DNA of 64,000 nucleotides from Octopus vulgaris. Lineage: Eukaryota. This document shows, in pieces, positions 1 through 12,849 of this stretch (positions within the stretch are counted from its first letter, which is position 1; every line of letters begins with the position of its first letter). The stretch covers positions 8,494,001-8,558,000 of the forward strand of contig OX597822.1 in the NCBI GenBank assembly GCA_951406725.2, given 5' to 3'. The notes under the pieces are model-generated. The model ran no database searches. It was not told where the DNA came from and was given only the letters and a program-made list of their open reading frames with translations. The position numbers were made by a program, and so were the translations under genes.

Positions 1-205
1 GTAAGCATGCTTATGAATGTAGAGTAAGAATACAAGCTTGATATAGTATTTATTAAGAAGTTGAGATAAGGACATTTTTTTTTTCAATCAGTCAATTCTA
101 GAATTAATGTAGATGTAAATGTAGCACCATATAATCTATTTAAAATATTGTTGCTATATTCCTTGATACTGAGGTATGTACAAGTCTGCGACTTTGTTTA
201 TGATA

Positions 206-757
<552 letters not shown>

Positions 758-1257
758 GAGTATATATGCGTGTGTATGCGTGTGCGTGTACATGTATACA
801 TAGGCTTACATATGTACACACTGTGTCCGTGCACACATACTGACACTCTGACTCACACATATATACACTCAGGCACATACATATACATAGAAATATGCGC
901 TATATACATGCAACACAGACATATATATACATAAACACACACACATATATATATATATATACATACATACGTATATACATACATACATGTTGAAAATGAA
1001 ATAGCGAAAACGACTCAACTTCTTTCCCGAAGTATACAACTCGCAGATGCCTTATATATCTCAATCGATACGTTGCACGCAGAATATGCGAATAACTAAG
1101 TCAGTAGAACAGGAATATCTTTACAAACTCATGAAGCTAACAGAAATAAACTTACACGAAAGTACACATAGACACAGGAATACGTACTTAAATGTGTCTG
1201 TGTATATATGTATGTTTGTCTAACTATTTACTTGTATGTCTATCTACCCACATACAT

Positions 1258-1309
<52 letters not shown>

Positions 1310-1356
1310 GTTGATATATATATATATATATGTGTGTTTGTGTATGTATATATATG

Positions 1357-1396
<40 letters not shown>

Positions 1397-2152
1397 TTCA
1401 AGTGATGCGTTTCCAGCCACTCACATCTTTCTTTTTAAAATATGTATATATCAGACAAGCCTTTTAATGTTCAAAGTAAGGTTTTTCTAGTATTCAGATG
1501 TGTAAGTTAGAAATGTTCTTAAATATTATTTCCATTAGCAAATGTACATCGCATTACATTTTCCGATCGGATAGCTTTTTACACAGTTTTAGATGATAGA
1601 AGAAGCCTGATTTTGGAAGAGGTATGTATATTATTGACGTATTTAACCAGAGGACATGCTAAAGCAAGAGTAAAATATATATATGCTACTTATGTGCAAG
1701 CAATTTCTAACTTACTCATATGAATGAACTTCATTCGATGTTTATAGCCTATCCAATCGATACTGCAAATATTCAAAAGTGCTGCTGTAAAATTCCTTCA
1801 GATATCTCCAAAGGCTTCAATATTAATCTACTTTCCATTTGCATGGTTAAACATACCGGAAAGTTTTGTTAAAATTCTAGCGAGTATGTTTTGCAACGAG
1901 ACTTGGCAATATGTATTTCACATGGAGCGCTCATTAAAAAGAAATGTACAATTTGTAATTTTATAGATACCAACATTTTGATATCTGAAAGCTTACAAAT
2001 GATAAATTCAATAAAACTATACCTAGACAAGTAGGTTCTTCCACAAACACAGACATTCATGTATGCATGCATATTTGCATAGATAAACGTTCACACACTC
2101 ATATGCGTATGCATGCATGTATGTATTATGTATGTATGTATATGTATATATG

Positions 2153-2187
<35 letters not shown>

Positions 2188-2251
2188 GCATACATATATA
2201 GACATATATATCTATATACGTATATATATATATGCACTACACATACGCCCA

Positions 2252-2303
<52 letters not shown>

Positions 2304-3195
2304 GTATGTATGTGTGTGTGTGTGTCTGTGTGTCTGTGTATTTACATATGTGCCTCAATGCGCGTATATGTGTTGTATATATGTGTTTGAATATATATAT
2401 ATGAGATAAGTTCACTTCAAATCAATAGAGAAATACATAGATAGATAGATAGATAGATAGATATATATATAGGCATGTATATGTGTGCGTGTTTGGGAGT
2501 GCACAGAAGAGTATACACTTTATAGCTTTGCTTAATCTACAGCACTGCAACTTACGATATTAAATGTGAGAAAATATATCATAATTTTTATTGAACTAGT
2601 ATTGACCTGCTGAGAAAACTTTTGTTAAATTAGTGTTGAGTGATTCTTTCCTCAACATACATATATTTATCTCTCTTATTTCCACTTACTGTACCTTTCA
2701 ATCAGTATGTCGTGCGTTCGTTTTCATGTACCCGGTAATGTCAATATTGGGGGTGGGGGTCATCTAATTTAGCCATCCCATCCATATGTATACTTGCAGA
2801 AACATTTTTGGGTATCATCCGCTATTGGAAACAGAAATATACTTAAAATTACATATTGAAGGTATCTAGCCAGTAAAAGCTTTCCATTGAAATCTATGAG
2901 TGTTTATTTTAGCGTAAAATATGTTATATCATTGAACTAATTTGTTTCTCTAACCCTGATTTCATAAGCTGTTGATTAAGACGTGATTATATCCATGGCA
3001 TTTACATTATTCCACAAATCCGTTTCAGTCAATGCCGTCACCGTCTGGTTTGGACATCTGGAAATCACTGTGGACAGGATTTGCATGAAATAGGAAGCAA
3101 TTATGACGAGATGTGACAACCGATTTGTTTTTGTAGGGAAGTGCAGAAAAATTCCTTTTGGGAGGTGAAATACAATACACCAACTCCATGCATAT

Positions 3196-5570
3196 GTTAG
3201 TTAGTTAGTTAGTTAATTTGGCTCAAAAGCAAATAGCAAGGCCATGTAGGGGGACATGGAGTTAAGTACAGGGTGGTGTTCATGTAAAGAGTTCAGGCCA
3301 CTTGAGGTCCAGGGAGGCTTTGAACAAAGCGGTCGTCGGCATCTTCACCATCTCGTCTGGCAGCTTGTTCCACGGATCCGCAACTCGGACGGAGAAAGCT
3401 CCTCTCCTTCGATTAAGATGAAATCGTCGCAGGTAGAGCTTTTCGGAATGACCCCGCAGCCGACGCTCTGGAGCAGGAGTGAAGAACAGCTCTATCGAGA
3501 GGTTACACTTTCCGCTTATGATGCTGTGGGCGAGAATGAGATTACCACGGCGGCGGCGTTTTTCAAGAGAATAAAGGTCGAGCGTCCTCAGCCTTTCTTC
3601 GTAGGACAAATTTTTGAGACCATGAACCATGCGGGTAGCCAGCTTCTGGACTCTTTCGAGATGCTGTATGTCTTTGAGGAGATAATCAGAAGAGGCTTGA
3701 ATCCCATACTCCAATATGGGTCTCACCAGCGTGACATAGAGTGGTAGGAATATGGCTGCTGTGAGCATTCCGAATGACCGTCGAATCAAGAACAGAATTC
3801 CGCGTGCTTTGTTGGCAGCATGGACGCACTGGGTCGAAGGCGAAAAGGAGGAATCCACCAAGATACCCAGGTCCTTTACCTGATCGGTCCTCTCCAGCAG
3901 CAGACGACCCGGCTCGAAATCAAGTTGAGTTGCAGGAGTAGAGCCGACAGGCAGATGACAGCACTTTGACACGTTCAGACACAGGTCCCAATCGTTAGAC
4001 CACTTCCAAATTTGGTGGAGGCATCGACGAAGATCCTCTATATTACCGCGAGGAGCGACCAGTTTGATATCGTCGGCAAATAGAAGGGTGTGTTGCGTGA
4101 GGTCGTCGGGCATGTCATTTATGAAGACTAAGAACAACAAGGGCCCAAGCACTGAACCTTGGGGCACGCCACTGCTCGCACTGGAGACGTCGGACCGCGA
4201 ACCATTAACTTGGACTTGGAAGGAGCGATCTGAGAGGAAGGCACCAACCCATCGTACAATATCCGGATGGAAACTATATGCTTGAAGCTTGACAAGTAGT
4301 AGGCGGTGGTTTACCGAGTCAAAAGCTTTGGCAAAGTCCAATAAAACGATGTCAACAGCATCACTATCATCGAGGATGCGCGTCACCAATTCTTCCATTA
4401 CTAGTAAGTTGGTCAAGCATGATCTCTTCGGCACGAAGCCGTGTTGGGAATCAGAGATAGAGGCTGTGTTTAGGAGGTGGAGTATCATACTTTTCTTAAG
4501 GATGGTTTCGAACATCTTGCTGATTATTGATGTAAGGGAAACCGGTCGGTAGTTAAGCGGGTCTTCGCGGCTCCCTTTCTTGAAAATTGGGCAGATTATC
4601 GCTGTTCTCCAGTCTGCAGGTATAACACCCGTCGCCAATGACATATTGAATAGTCGTGTTAAGGGATCGCAGATGACCGGAGCCAACGCTTTGATAACCC
4701 GTGGGTGTATGCCGTCAGGGCCGTGACCCTTGTTGACATCGAGGCCTTGAATAACACGTTTGACTTCGTCCCGCGTGATGACCAATCGAAGCATTTGAGG
4801 TACCGATCTATCAAATGGAGGGGGTTCACGACCATCATCTTGTTTGAAAATAGTTGAAAAAGCCTCGGCAAATAATTGACTCTGTTGATAAGGGTCCTCA
4901 ATCGATACGCCTGTTGAGTCTACCAACGTTGCAATCTGGTTGTTCAAGCGGGAATTCCGCTGGACATGGGCAAAGAAGGTTTTTGGATTGCTACTGGCAT
5001 TTGCCGCGATTTTGTATTCATAACTGAAGCGTTCTTTCTTTTCAATTTTCACGGCTCGGTCTCGTTGAGTTTTGTACACCTCAAAAGCTGCAGTCGAATC
5101 CAGATTTTTGAATTCAGCCCAAGCAATATCTCTGAGTCGACGTTCTCGTTTAACCTTCTTCGTCACCCAGGGCTTGTGTTTCTTCCTCTTGGGAAGCCCA
5201 ACGGGAACTGCCTGGTCAGTCAAACAGATTACATATGCTTTGAGGGATGACCATAGTTCGTCAACTGAGGACAACGTCATCAGGGATCGCCAGTCCAGAA
5301 GCGCGGAAGCCTCGGTTAGAATTTCAAGATTAATTGCAGAGAAGACTCTACGTGGCAGCGAAGTAGTCGTGGGCGTAGAAAAAGTTGTGTGCATGACGAA
5401 CTTCAGGACCGCATGATCACTCTTGGCAAGAGGGGCGCACACAGATACGTCTGACACTGATCTTGGATAGCGGGAGAATACCAGATCCAGCATAGATGGC
5501 TGCTGCCCAGACCGATGCCTTGTCGGATATTCAACATGTTGCGATAGAAAACAATCTTCAGCCACTTCAC
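3196..5570 (-). mobile_element. 5'-truncated CR1-clade non-LTR retrotransposon with (TAAC)n 3' tail
   Basis: GTTAGTTAGTTAG at 3196-3214 is a (TAAC)n tail on the - strand; short 3' UTR; visibly GC-richer than flanks; homology stops near 5560-5570. Confidence 0.93.
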
Positions 5571-5646
5571 GTTCAATTAGTATACGCAAGCTGGTTTTAG
5601 AATGCGCACATAATATATACCCAATTATCTTGAATTCACGTTTCAA
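3280..5646 (-). CDS. LINE ORF2: C-terminal end of APE endonuclease plus full reverse transcriptase (first ~25 aa come from flanking DNA)
   Basis: Motifs PTR..LDLVFS..SDH (APE end), GPDGIHP, PIFKKG..NYRPVSLTS, QHGF..RSCLTNL, LDFAKAFDSV, SGVPQGSVLGPLLF, FADD, KDLG, RPILEYG, LERVQ..ATR, YEERL..L..LEKRR.RG, RGH, WNKLP. Confidence 0.93.
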   Translation of the reverse strand: MKREFKIIGYILCAHSKTSLRILIEREVAEDCFLSQHVEYPTRHRSGQQPSMLDLVFSRYPRSVSDVSVCAPLAKSDHAVLKFVMHTTFSTPTTTSLPRRVFSAINLEILTEASALLDWRSLMTLSSVDELWSSLKAYVICLTDQAVPVGLPKRKKHKPWVTKKVKRERRLRDIAWAEFKNLDSTAAFEVYKTQRDRAVKIEKKERFSYEYKIAANASSNPKTFFAHVQRNSRLNNQIATLVDSTGVSIEDPYQQSQLFAEAFSTIFKQDDGREPPPFDRSVPQMLRLVITRDEVKRVIQGLDVNKGHGPDGIHPRVIKALAPVICDPLTRLFNMSLATGVIPADWRTAIICPIFKKGSREDPLNYRPVSLTSIISKMFETILKKSMILHLLNTASISDSQHGFVPKRSCLTNLLVMEELVTRILDDSDAVDIVLLDFAKAFDSVNHRLLLVKLQAYSFHPDIVRWVGAFLSDRSFQVQVNGSRSDVSSASSGVPQGSVLGPLLFLVFINDMPDDLTQHTLLFADDIKLVAPRGNIEDLRRCLHQIWKWSNDWDLCLNVSKCCHLPVGSTPATQLDFEPGRLLLERTDQVKDLGILVDSSFSPSTQCVHAANKARGILFLIRRSFGMLTAAIFLPLYVTLVRPILEYGIQASSDYLLKDIQHLERVQKLATRMVHGLKNLSYEERLRTLDLYSLEKRRRRGNLILAHSIISGKCNLSIELFFTPAPERRLRGHSEKLYLRRFHLNRRRGAFSVRVADPWNKLPDEMVKMPTTALFKASLDLKWPELFT

Positions 5647-5677
5647 ATACAGGAGGAGCTTTATAAAAGGAAATATA

Positions 5678-6090
5678 GGCGCAGGAGTGGCTGTGTGGTG
5701 AGTAGCTTGCTAACCAACCACATGGTTCCGGGTTCAGTCCCACTGCCTGGCATCTTGGGCAAGTGTCTTCTGCTATAGCCCTGGGCTGACCAATGCCTTG
5801 TGAGTGGATTTGGTAGACGGAAACTGAAAGAAGCATGTGAGTATATATGTATATATATATATGTGTGTGTGTGTGTTTGTGTGTCTGTGTTTGTCCCCCT
5901 AGCATTGCTTGACAACCGATGCTGGTGTGTTTACGTCCCCGTCACTTAGCGGTTCGGCAAAAGAGACCGATGGAATGAGTACTGGGCGTACAAAGAATAA
6001 GTCCCGGGGTCGAGTTGCTCGACTAAAGGCGGTGCTCCAGCATGGCCGCAGTCAAATGACTGAAACAAGTAAACGAGAAAGAGAAAGAGA
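5678..6090 (+). mobile_element. SINE family A, copy 2
   Basis: Full-length match to 350-757. Confidence 0.92.
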
Positions 6091-6489
6091 TACTTAAATT
6101 CCTTGTAACGGATATTGGAATAGGCAAACCCACAGTGCCTTTATTTAGAATGTCTTCGATTTGATTTCAAACTGGTCACATATCAAATTCGCCCTGTGAA
6201 AATAATATTATAGAGCCCAATCCGTTTTCTAAGCTGAAGTGCTATAAAATCAAGAGACTGGCTTCGCAAATTTTGTACCATCTACTTGACACATGTGTTG
6301 AACTTTCGCCATTGGAACTGAAATTCGACAATGTATACATTAATTCATAAATAGATGTATAATTTCTTGATAAAGTTTCATTCACTTATGGAGAAAAAAA
6401 ATGAATGAAATAATATTTTGCGCCCATTAAAGCCTCAAACTCCTTTGAGGAGCAGTTTCAGGGTTTCTGGAGCGGAAGCCCCGAAAATG

Positions 6490-6776
6490 CGATTTAGGTA
6501 CATGAGGAAGTCTGGAGGTGGTCGACATGGTTTTGCTCGTTTGTCCAGGTTTCCCACGTAACCTGCAGCCAATATTATTTTAATCTCTAGCTGTCACACT
6601 CTTGGAGGTGCCACAATCGGATCGTTTCTTCCTTGGCGAATGGTCTTTAAGGAATTGTCTAACCAAGCCTACATGACGACCTATCCTCTCCACAATGACA
6701 TGAAGTGAGCTGTTTTTACACATTCCTTGATAAGGATAGTCTTTTCTTCATCCTTAAGGACTTTTCCACGTCCCAT
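6490..6776 (-). pseudogene. Decayed Tc1-like transposase N-terminus (paired HTH region)
   Basis: Manual translation MGRGKVLKDEEKTILIKE, then after a frameshift IVERIGRHVGLVRQFLKDHSPRKKRSDCG..VTARD*..PGQTSK; a possible Tc1-like end (TACACTGTGTCCACGAAAAGTA on the - strand) lies at ~7798-7820. Confidence 0.55.
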
Positions 6777-6990
6777 CGTTCTTAGACAGGAGAGAAGCTA
6801 TTTGAGTGATTTTCCCAAAAACTGAAGAATCTGAAATAAAAAAAAGAAAGGATGTTACACGGAATAATGGACACATAACAATGGTATTGTCATAGAATAC
6901 AAATTAGGTGGGAAACCTTTTATCAAAATCGATTCACAGCAAACCGGGAAGTCCTAAATATGTATATTTATATGTGTGTGTATATATATA

Positions 6991-6991
6991 G

Positions 6992-7043
<52 letters not shown>

Positions 7044-7044
7044 T

Positions 7045-7120
<76 letters not shown>
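6991..7120. repeat. (GATA)n microsatellite
   Basis: Direct reading. Confidence 0.97.
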
Positions 7121-8546
7121 CAAAGGTTCTATAATTATATGCATAATTAAAATTGGGTTCAGCAAAATTCCTTCACCACATACCGAAATTTAGAAATAAC
7201 AGATAAATACTATCCAACTACCATAGGATTGAGGAAGATAGCGATTTCTCACTTGTCTGTATAAACTCAGAAATACATCGAATTCATTGCGCCATTATTT
7301 TCAAATGGAACTTGACTAGTTATCCTTAATGGAATGTTCATTAACAATCTACTATGACAGACATTAAAGAGGACTTTGAAGATGTGGGAGTTTTCTTTTC
7401 AGCTAGATGGACCAAAGCCACACAACTATAGTTATGCGAGGTTCTACCTTGATGAAATTTTAACAATCTGATGTATCAGATTAAATTACTCTCCACGTTC
7501 AGTGGACCTCACAGTGCTACAATTATTTTATTAAAAGATTGCTCAAAAGATGCAATTTATGGAAGAAATTTTGTAACAGTCGACTAATTATAGATAACAG
7601 TTGAACGAGAAAACACACAAATAAGAAACGAAATATATCTTGATATTTGCGATTCACTAGTGTTTCCTTATGATTACTGCCTACTCTGAAATAGAACGGC
7701 CATCATGCTCATAAAATTACAGCGTATCTGTAAGTTGTATTAAAGTTTGGAACTGAAATGTATTTGAACACAGATATATAAGTATTCAGTGTGCGTATAC
7801 TTTTCGTGGACACAGTGTATGTGTGAGTGTGTGTGAATGTGTTTCAAAATGTTTGAGTATGTGTGTATGTGTGTGTTTGCATTACATACGAAGTTATATA
7901 AGTGCTGTGACTAAATCAGACAATTGGATCTCAGGAATAACTAGAATAAATTGCTTAATGGTTCATGTATCTCTACGACCAAATGATTAGAGCTATTTCA
8001 GTAAATGAATCTTATTGAACATTGTTCCAATAATAGAAGAGTTAGTCTAATTTACATTATCGTATAATTGCATAATATTAGTTTGGATTATTTTTATTGG
8101 ATCCAATATGTCAGACCAAATGAAAGCGGAAGTGTAAATACAATGAATTTGATATAATAAATATACATTTTGTGAGGCTTTCCTCGGCGTCAGACCAATT
8201 CATCAAGATAAACTCGATAAACATTCATATGGTCAATAACAAATGAACGTGAATTCATTTGTATTATAACCGGTGCTAAATTCATCTTGTAATGGATTAT
8301 GTTTCAATCAAGAAATCAATTTATCATTATTGTTGCTCAAATTCACTTTTCAATGAGATTGGTAAATTCATCCTAATTGACAACGTTTCATTAATAATAT
8401 ATATGTGTTTGTGTGTTTGTGTGCATGCATGTGAGTGTCGTGTATGTATATATATATATATATACACTTTCTCACTCCTCACTCTTTCTTTCTCTCTCTC
8501 ATTCTTTCTCACACACAAACATACAAATACATACATGTATGTATGC

Positions 8547-8632
<86 letters not shown>

Positions 8633-9753
8633 AGTAAAGATTAATACCTAATGTACTACCTGTATACAAGCACAGCAAAATGTACGAGATATATACTACA
8701 ATGTGCAACACTAATTTTTATTTGGTGATTCTAACGGATGCAGTATCCATTCTCTTCGCGGACTCACCGGGGCAGTTAGCGATAATTTGTTAATATTCCG
8801 TTAAAAACCCCGTTTAGCCTTTTGCAAATTGAGACCTGCAGGTATTGATAGTAACCGCGATAATATTCCACAGAGAATTTATGCTGGAATTAAGAGAGTG
8901 GAGACATTGTTTAAGAAGACCGGATGTTGAATACATCAAAGATTATGACTGTTAGAGAAACGAGTATGTCAAGAGCTGTCTGAAAGACTGCATCAACATT
9001 TCCGAACTACGTATTCTCAAACAGGATAAATATGTAAACATGTACTGAAGAGCACAGTTTCCGCTCCTATACACTGCTAAAGAGACACGAAGAAAACAGC
9101 TCCACAACCGGTAGATCTAATACATTCCTAATTATATCCAATTTTAGATCGCAATCACAGCTGGATGTTATTTCTCCTCTGTGTTAGTGTCCTGTTGAAA
9201 GTATATGTTTATGAATGTGTGATTGTATGTGTGTGTGTGTGAGTATGAATAGGTGATGTTTAGAGGTGTAGGGCTGCATTATGGATATATCTGTGTCTAT
9301 ATGTTTATGTGTGTGTGTAGATGTATATGTGTGTGTGTGAGTTTGTGTGCGTATTTGGATGTGTTTATATACATACATGTATATAGGTGCATGAGCTTGT
9401 GTGTATATATATATTTTTTTGTCTTTTGAAATTAGCTATTTCATCTTTAAATATGAGAAATTAAATATATTAGGCTTTCATCATATGCAATCGTTTATAG
9501 AGTCTATTTTAGATCTTGATTATAATATTTTTATATTTTTTCATTAATAATTTATATATATTTCAAATATATATATAAGTAGATATAGACTAATATGGAT
9601 ATTAGCATATGGTTTTTCTACCTTATAAATTAAAGTTAATATTTAACATTATAGTCGATTTCGATATAATCATATTTAATAATAGAGTTTATTTAGATTA
9701 TATAGATATTTATATCGTAAAATATTGATTATATTTTATATTTTAGGTTTAGA

Positions 9754-9805
9754 AACCACCTGAAGAATGTCTAAGATGTGCTGACACGAACCGATCGTAG
9801 TGGTT
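9754..9805 (+). ncRNA. Type I hammerhead ribozyme motif (A15.1 to C)
   Basis: AACCAC-CTGAAGA-A-TGTC..GACA-C-GAAC-CGATCG-TA-GTGGTT: perfect 6-bp stem I, palindromic stem III. Confidence 0.75.
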
Positions 9806-9909
9806 ATTCATTTGTTAAATTTTAATTTATATAAATTATTTTATATTTTATGTATTGGCTTAAGTCTTTCTTTGTTTGATTTGCATAATAGTAGTTTTGT
9901 CTCTAATTT

Positions 9910-9977
<68 letters not shown>

Positions 9978-10044
9978 GATACATACATATATCTATATAT
10001 ATATTTGTATGTATGTATGCATATATGTATATAAAGTTAATCCA

Positions 10045-10246
10045 AACATGAAAACACAAGGAGAAAACACAACAACGCGAGGACGTGGGACAAATATAGC
10101 ATTATTGGACGCTCAGGAAAGAAGGAACGAAGGGGGTTTTAACGTTTCGAGCGGAGCTCTTCGTCAGAAACACAGAAAAAGGAAAGATCCAAAGAAGGGA
10201 AGACGGAGGAAAAAAGTCGGCAACGGTACACACGCGGTCACATTTT
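10045..10246 (-). mobile_element. Short PLE-type repeat carrying a minimal HHR at 10136-10171
   Basis: Minus strand GTTT-CTGACGA-A-GAGC-tcc-GCTC-GAAACGTT-AAAAC; homologous to 12180-12375; lies between (TA)n tracts. Confidence 0.75.
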
Positions 10247-10248
10247 GA

Positions 10249-10323
<75 letters not shown>

Positions 10324-12179
10324 AAATATATATATATATTTTTAAATATATATATATATATAAACGCACGCGCGTGTATGTGTGTGTCTTCTCGCACGTG
10401 CGTGTGTATTTAAGTTTCTTAAGGCTCAATGGGATATTTGTAAGCAAAGCTTGTAGAAATACAACCGGAAATAAACATTTAATTTGGCGTTGTTATGGTT
10501 CCAGTAACCTATATCCTTTCGATGTGAAAGATACTGAAGTTCTTTGAAATTTTCAAATTATTAGAGATGCCCTATGGTGTAGTGGTGTGTTTTGAACATC
10601 ACTCTAATTATACTGTAATAATCATACGAAATTGCATATTGCTTTCTGATTATTGTGATGGATGTACCTATATTGTATGTAGGACTAAATTATTTGAAGT
10701 GCTCTTCCTATTCTGATACGGTAATACTAATGCACATAGGGCTTCTTTGTTTATTATAGTCTTCTTGTCTTTTGAAACATGTTTAATTTGATGAATATTT
10801 ATCTATAATTCCCAGCTACAAATAGCTATCGTATCTAACTTGTTACTTGGCACAACGTTATTTTTGCGATTAACTTGAGTGGTGTCTAAAATAAAAGAAT
10901 TATAATTTGTAATAAGCTGGTCTTGCCCTTTGAATTTAGATTTGTAAATATATACTTTGGTACTTTATGACCATTTCTCTAGTTATTTACTATTTAACTG
11001 ATTTAATGCGGTACCTAATTTGCCATTATATGATGGCCGAAACATTCAATATTGCGTGAACTCTGTTGCGAATCGCTACCGACAGAGTCAAAGTGGTTCC
11101 CCGTAGATTGACGTACAGCTTCGCCTGCACAAGCTTAAATGACTGACACAAACTGTGGAGCAAATGCCTCGCCGAGATGCAATATGAAACAAAAATCAGA
11201 CACTCCTGCTGATTTGACATGTAGAAAAACATTGAACTGAAATATTTTTAGCTTTGTCCAAAGAAAACTAAACTGAATACGTTTTGAATTCGAGAAGAAG
11301 AATCAATAACAACCGGTAACTACTTAAATAATATTGCCTATCTACATGATAATCTCTCAATGGTAATTTCTCAATGTTTTATCAGGTGATAAGTTTGATA
11401 AATATTGAGAGAGTTTCCAATATTCTACAAATCTAATGCTTTTGTGCAATGCTCAACATTACTAGAGCCACGTTGTAATATAAACGACTTTCAATCTGTT
11501 TCAGGTGGAACGTTTTATTGGTTTGAAATCAATTCACATTACTACTGTTATGAAATAGTTTTTTTTCTCTGAATTCGTTGTTTATCAGATGCATTATTTT
11601 TTTTTTAATACAGTAACAGTAAAAGCCTGTTTTCACTTCAAATATTTTTGATTTAGCTTGACAAATCATATGATTGTACTGGCATCTGAGACGAATAGCT
11701 AATATTGTTAACAGAATATATTTTTCCAATGTCAACTATAAAATACGAAAAGTATGAAATGAGAAATGTGTTTAGTTTTTAATGCTTTCTTCTTTTTATT
11801 TCGTTTGGTTTACTCTTCCATAAAAATTCGATATCGGGTCAAATCAGAATTTGATATGTCAGTATGATATTTACATCTGCCTGTAAATTTTTTTAACACA
11901 TTCTCCTGAAAATTCGAAATCCATTTCATACAGATTAAATTTAATTTACATATTTTTATTTCCTCTATTTCGCACTAAAATTCTATCATCATGCTGATTT
12001 ATACTCACATACACCCACTTTCAATATATATGTACGTTATACACCTAGGAAATTTTAAAAGTCATGATCTCTGAAATTATAAATATATTTGCACTATATT
12101 TGCATACTTTATTATTTACAAACGTCAAACGAATTCTCACGCAACTGTATCACTAACTTAGTATGTAGATATATGCTAA

Positions 12180-12375
12180 ATCCCAAACAACTAAGAATAA
12201 TCGCAAAGAAATAACAACGCGAGGATGTGGTACATGTAAACTATTAGCAGAAGATCAGGGAAGGAAAGAAAGAAGGTTAAACGTTTCGAGCAAAGCTCTT
12301 CTTCAGAAACAGAGGAAAATCCAATAGAAAAGGAAGACGGAGGAAAGACATTCGCCAGCGATTGTCTGTGGTTAC
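12180..12375 (-). mobile_element. Second copy of the 10045-10246 family, HHR at ~12275-12310
   Basis: Minus strand GTTT-CTGAAGA-A-GAGC-ttt-GCTC-GAAACGTT; shares ACAACGCGAGGA and GGAAGACGGAGGAAA blocks. Confidence 0.7.
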
Positions 12376-12407
12376 ATATTGCGAAACGACAATATATTTA
12401 CAGCACC

Positions 12408-12446
<39 letters not shown>

Positions 12447-12449
<3 letters not shown>

Positions 12450-12849
12450 GGTGCGGTGAATAAATTGTCGTCTCAATTACACAGAAATGAAAATGACACT
12501 GACACCTATTTTAGCATATATTTACCAAAATTACATAAAATTATCTTGAAATGCTTAAAGAGTAACGTTATTCAGTTAAATCACCTTTCGCATCAACCAC
12601 AGGCTCCAAATGTCTCTGGAATCTCCTGCAATGCTTCGGGAGGGCCTCCTTGTTTAAGTTGGTTTATACTGCCATAAACTTTGCCTTAAGTTCATTTTGG
12701 GTGTCAGAAGGAGTTTTTGGGTCTCTCACGCAACTGCGCCCACACATAACAACCAAGAAGGTGGCAGTCTGGGGTGTCAGGTGGCCAGATGTTAGGGGTG
12801 ATGTTATCGCAGAAATTGTCAGAAGCCAACAGTTGCTCCGTGTGTTCAC
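12447..12849 (-). mobile_element. 3' end of a DD37D/maT-like Tc1/mariner transposon
   Basis: TA+CAGGGTGCGG terminus; translations DNFCDNITPNIWPPDTPDC (WPPxSPD motif) and KTPSDTQNELKAK; frameshifted. Confidence 0.75.

Noticed and set aside
3256-5416. Plus-strand ORFs overlapping the LINE
   Set aside because: Antisense or off-frame shadows of the CR1 ORF2.
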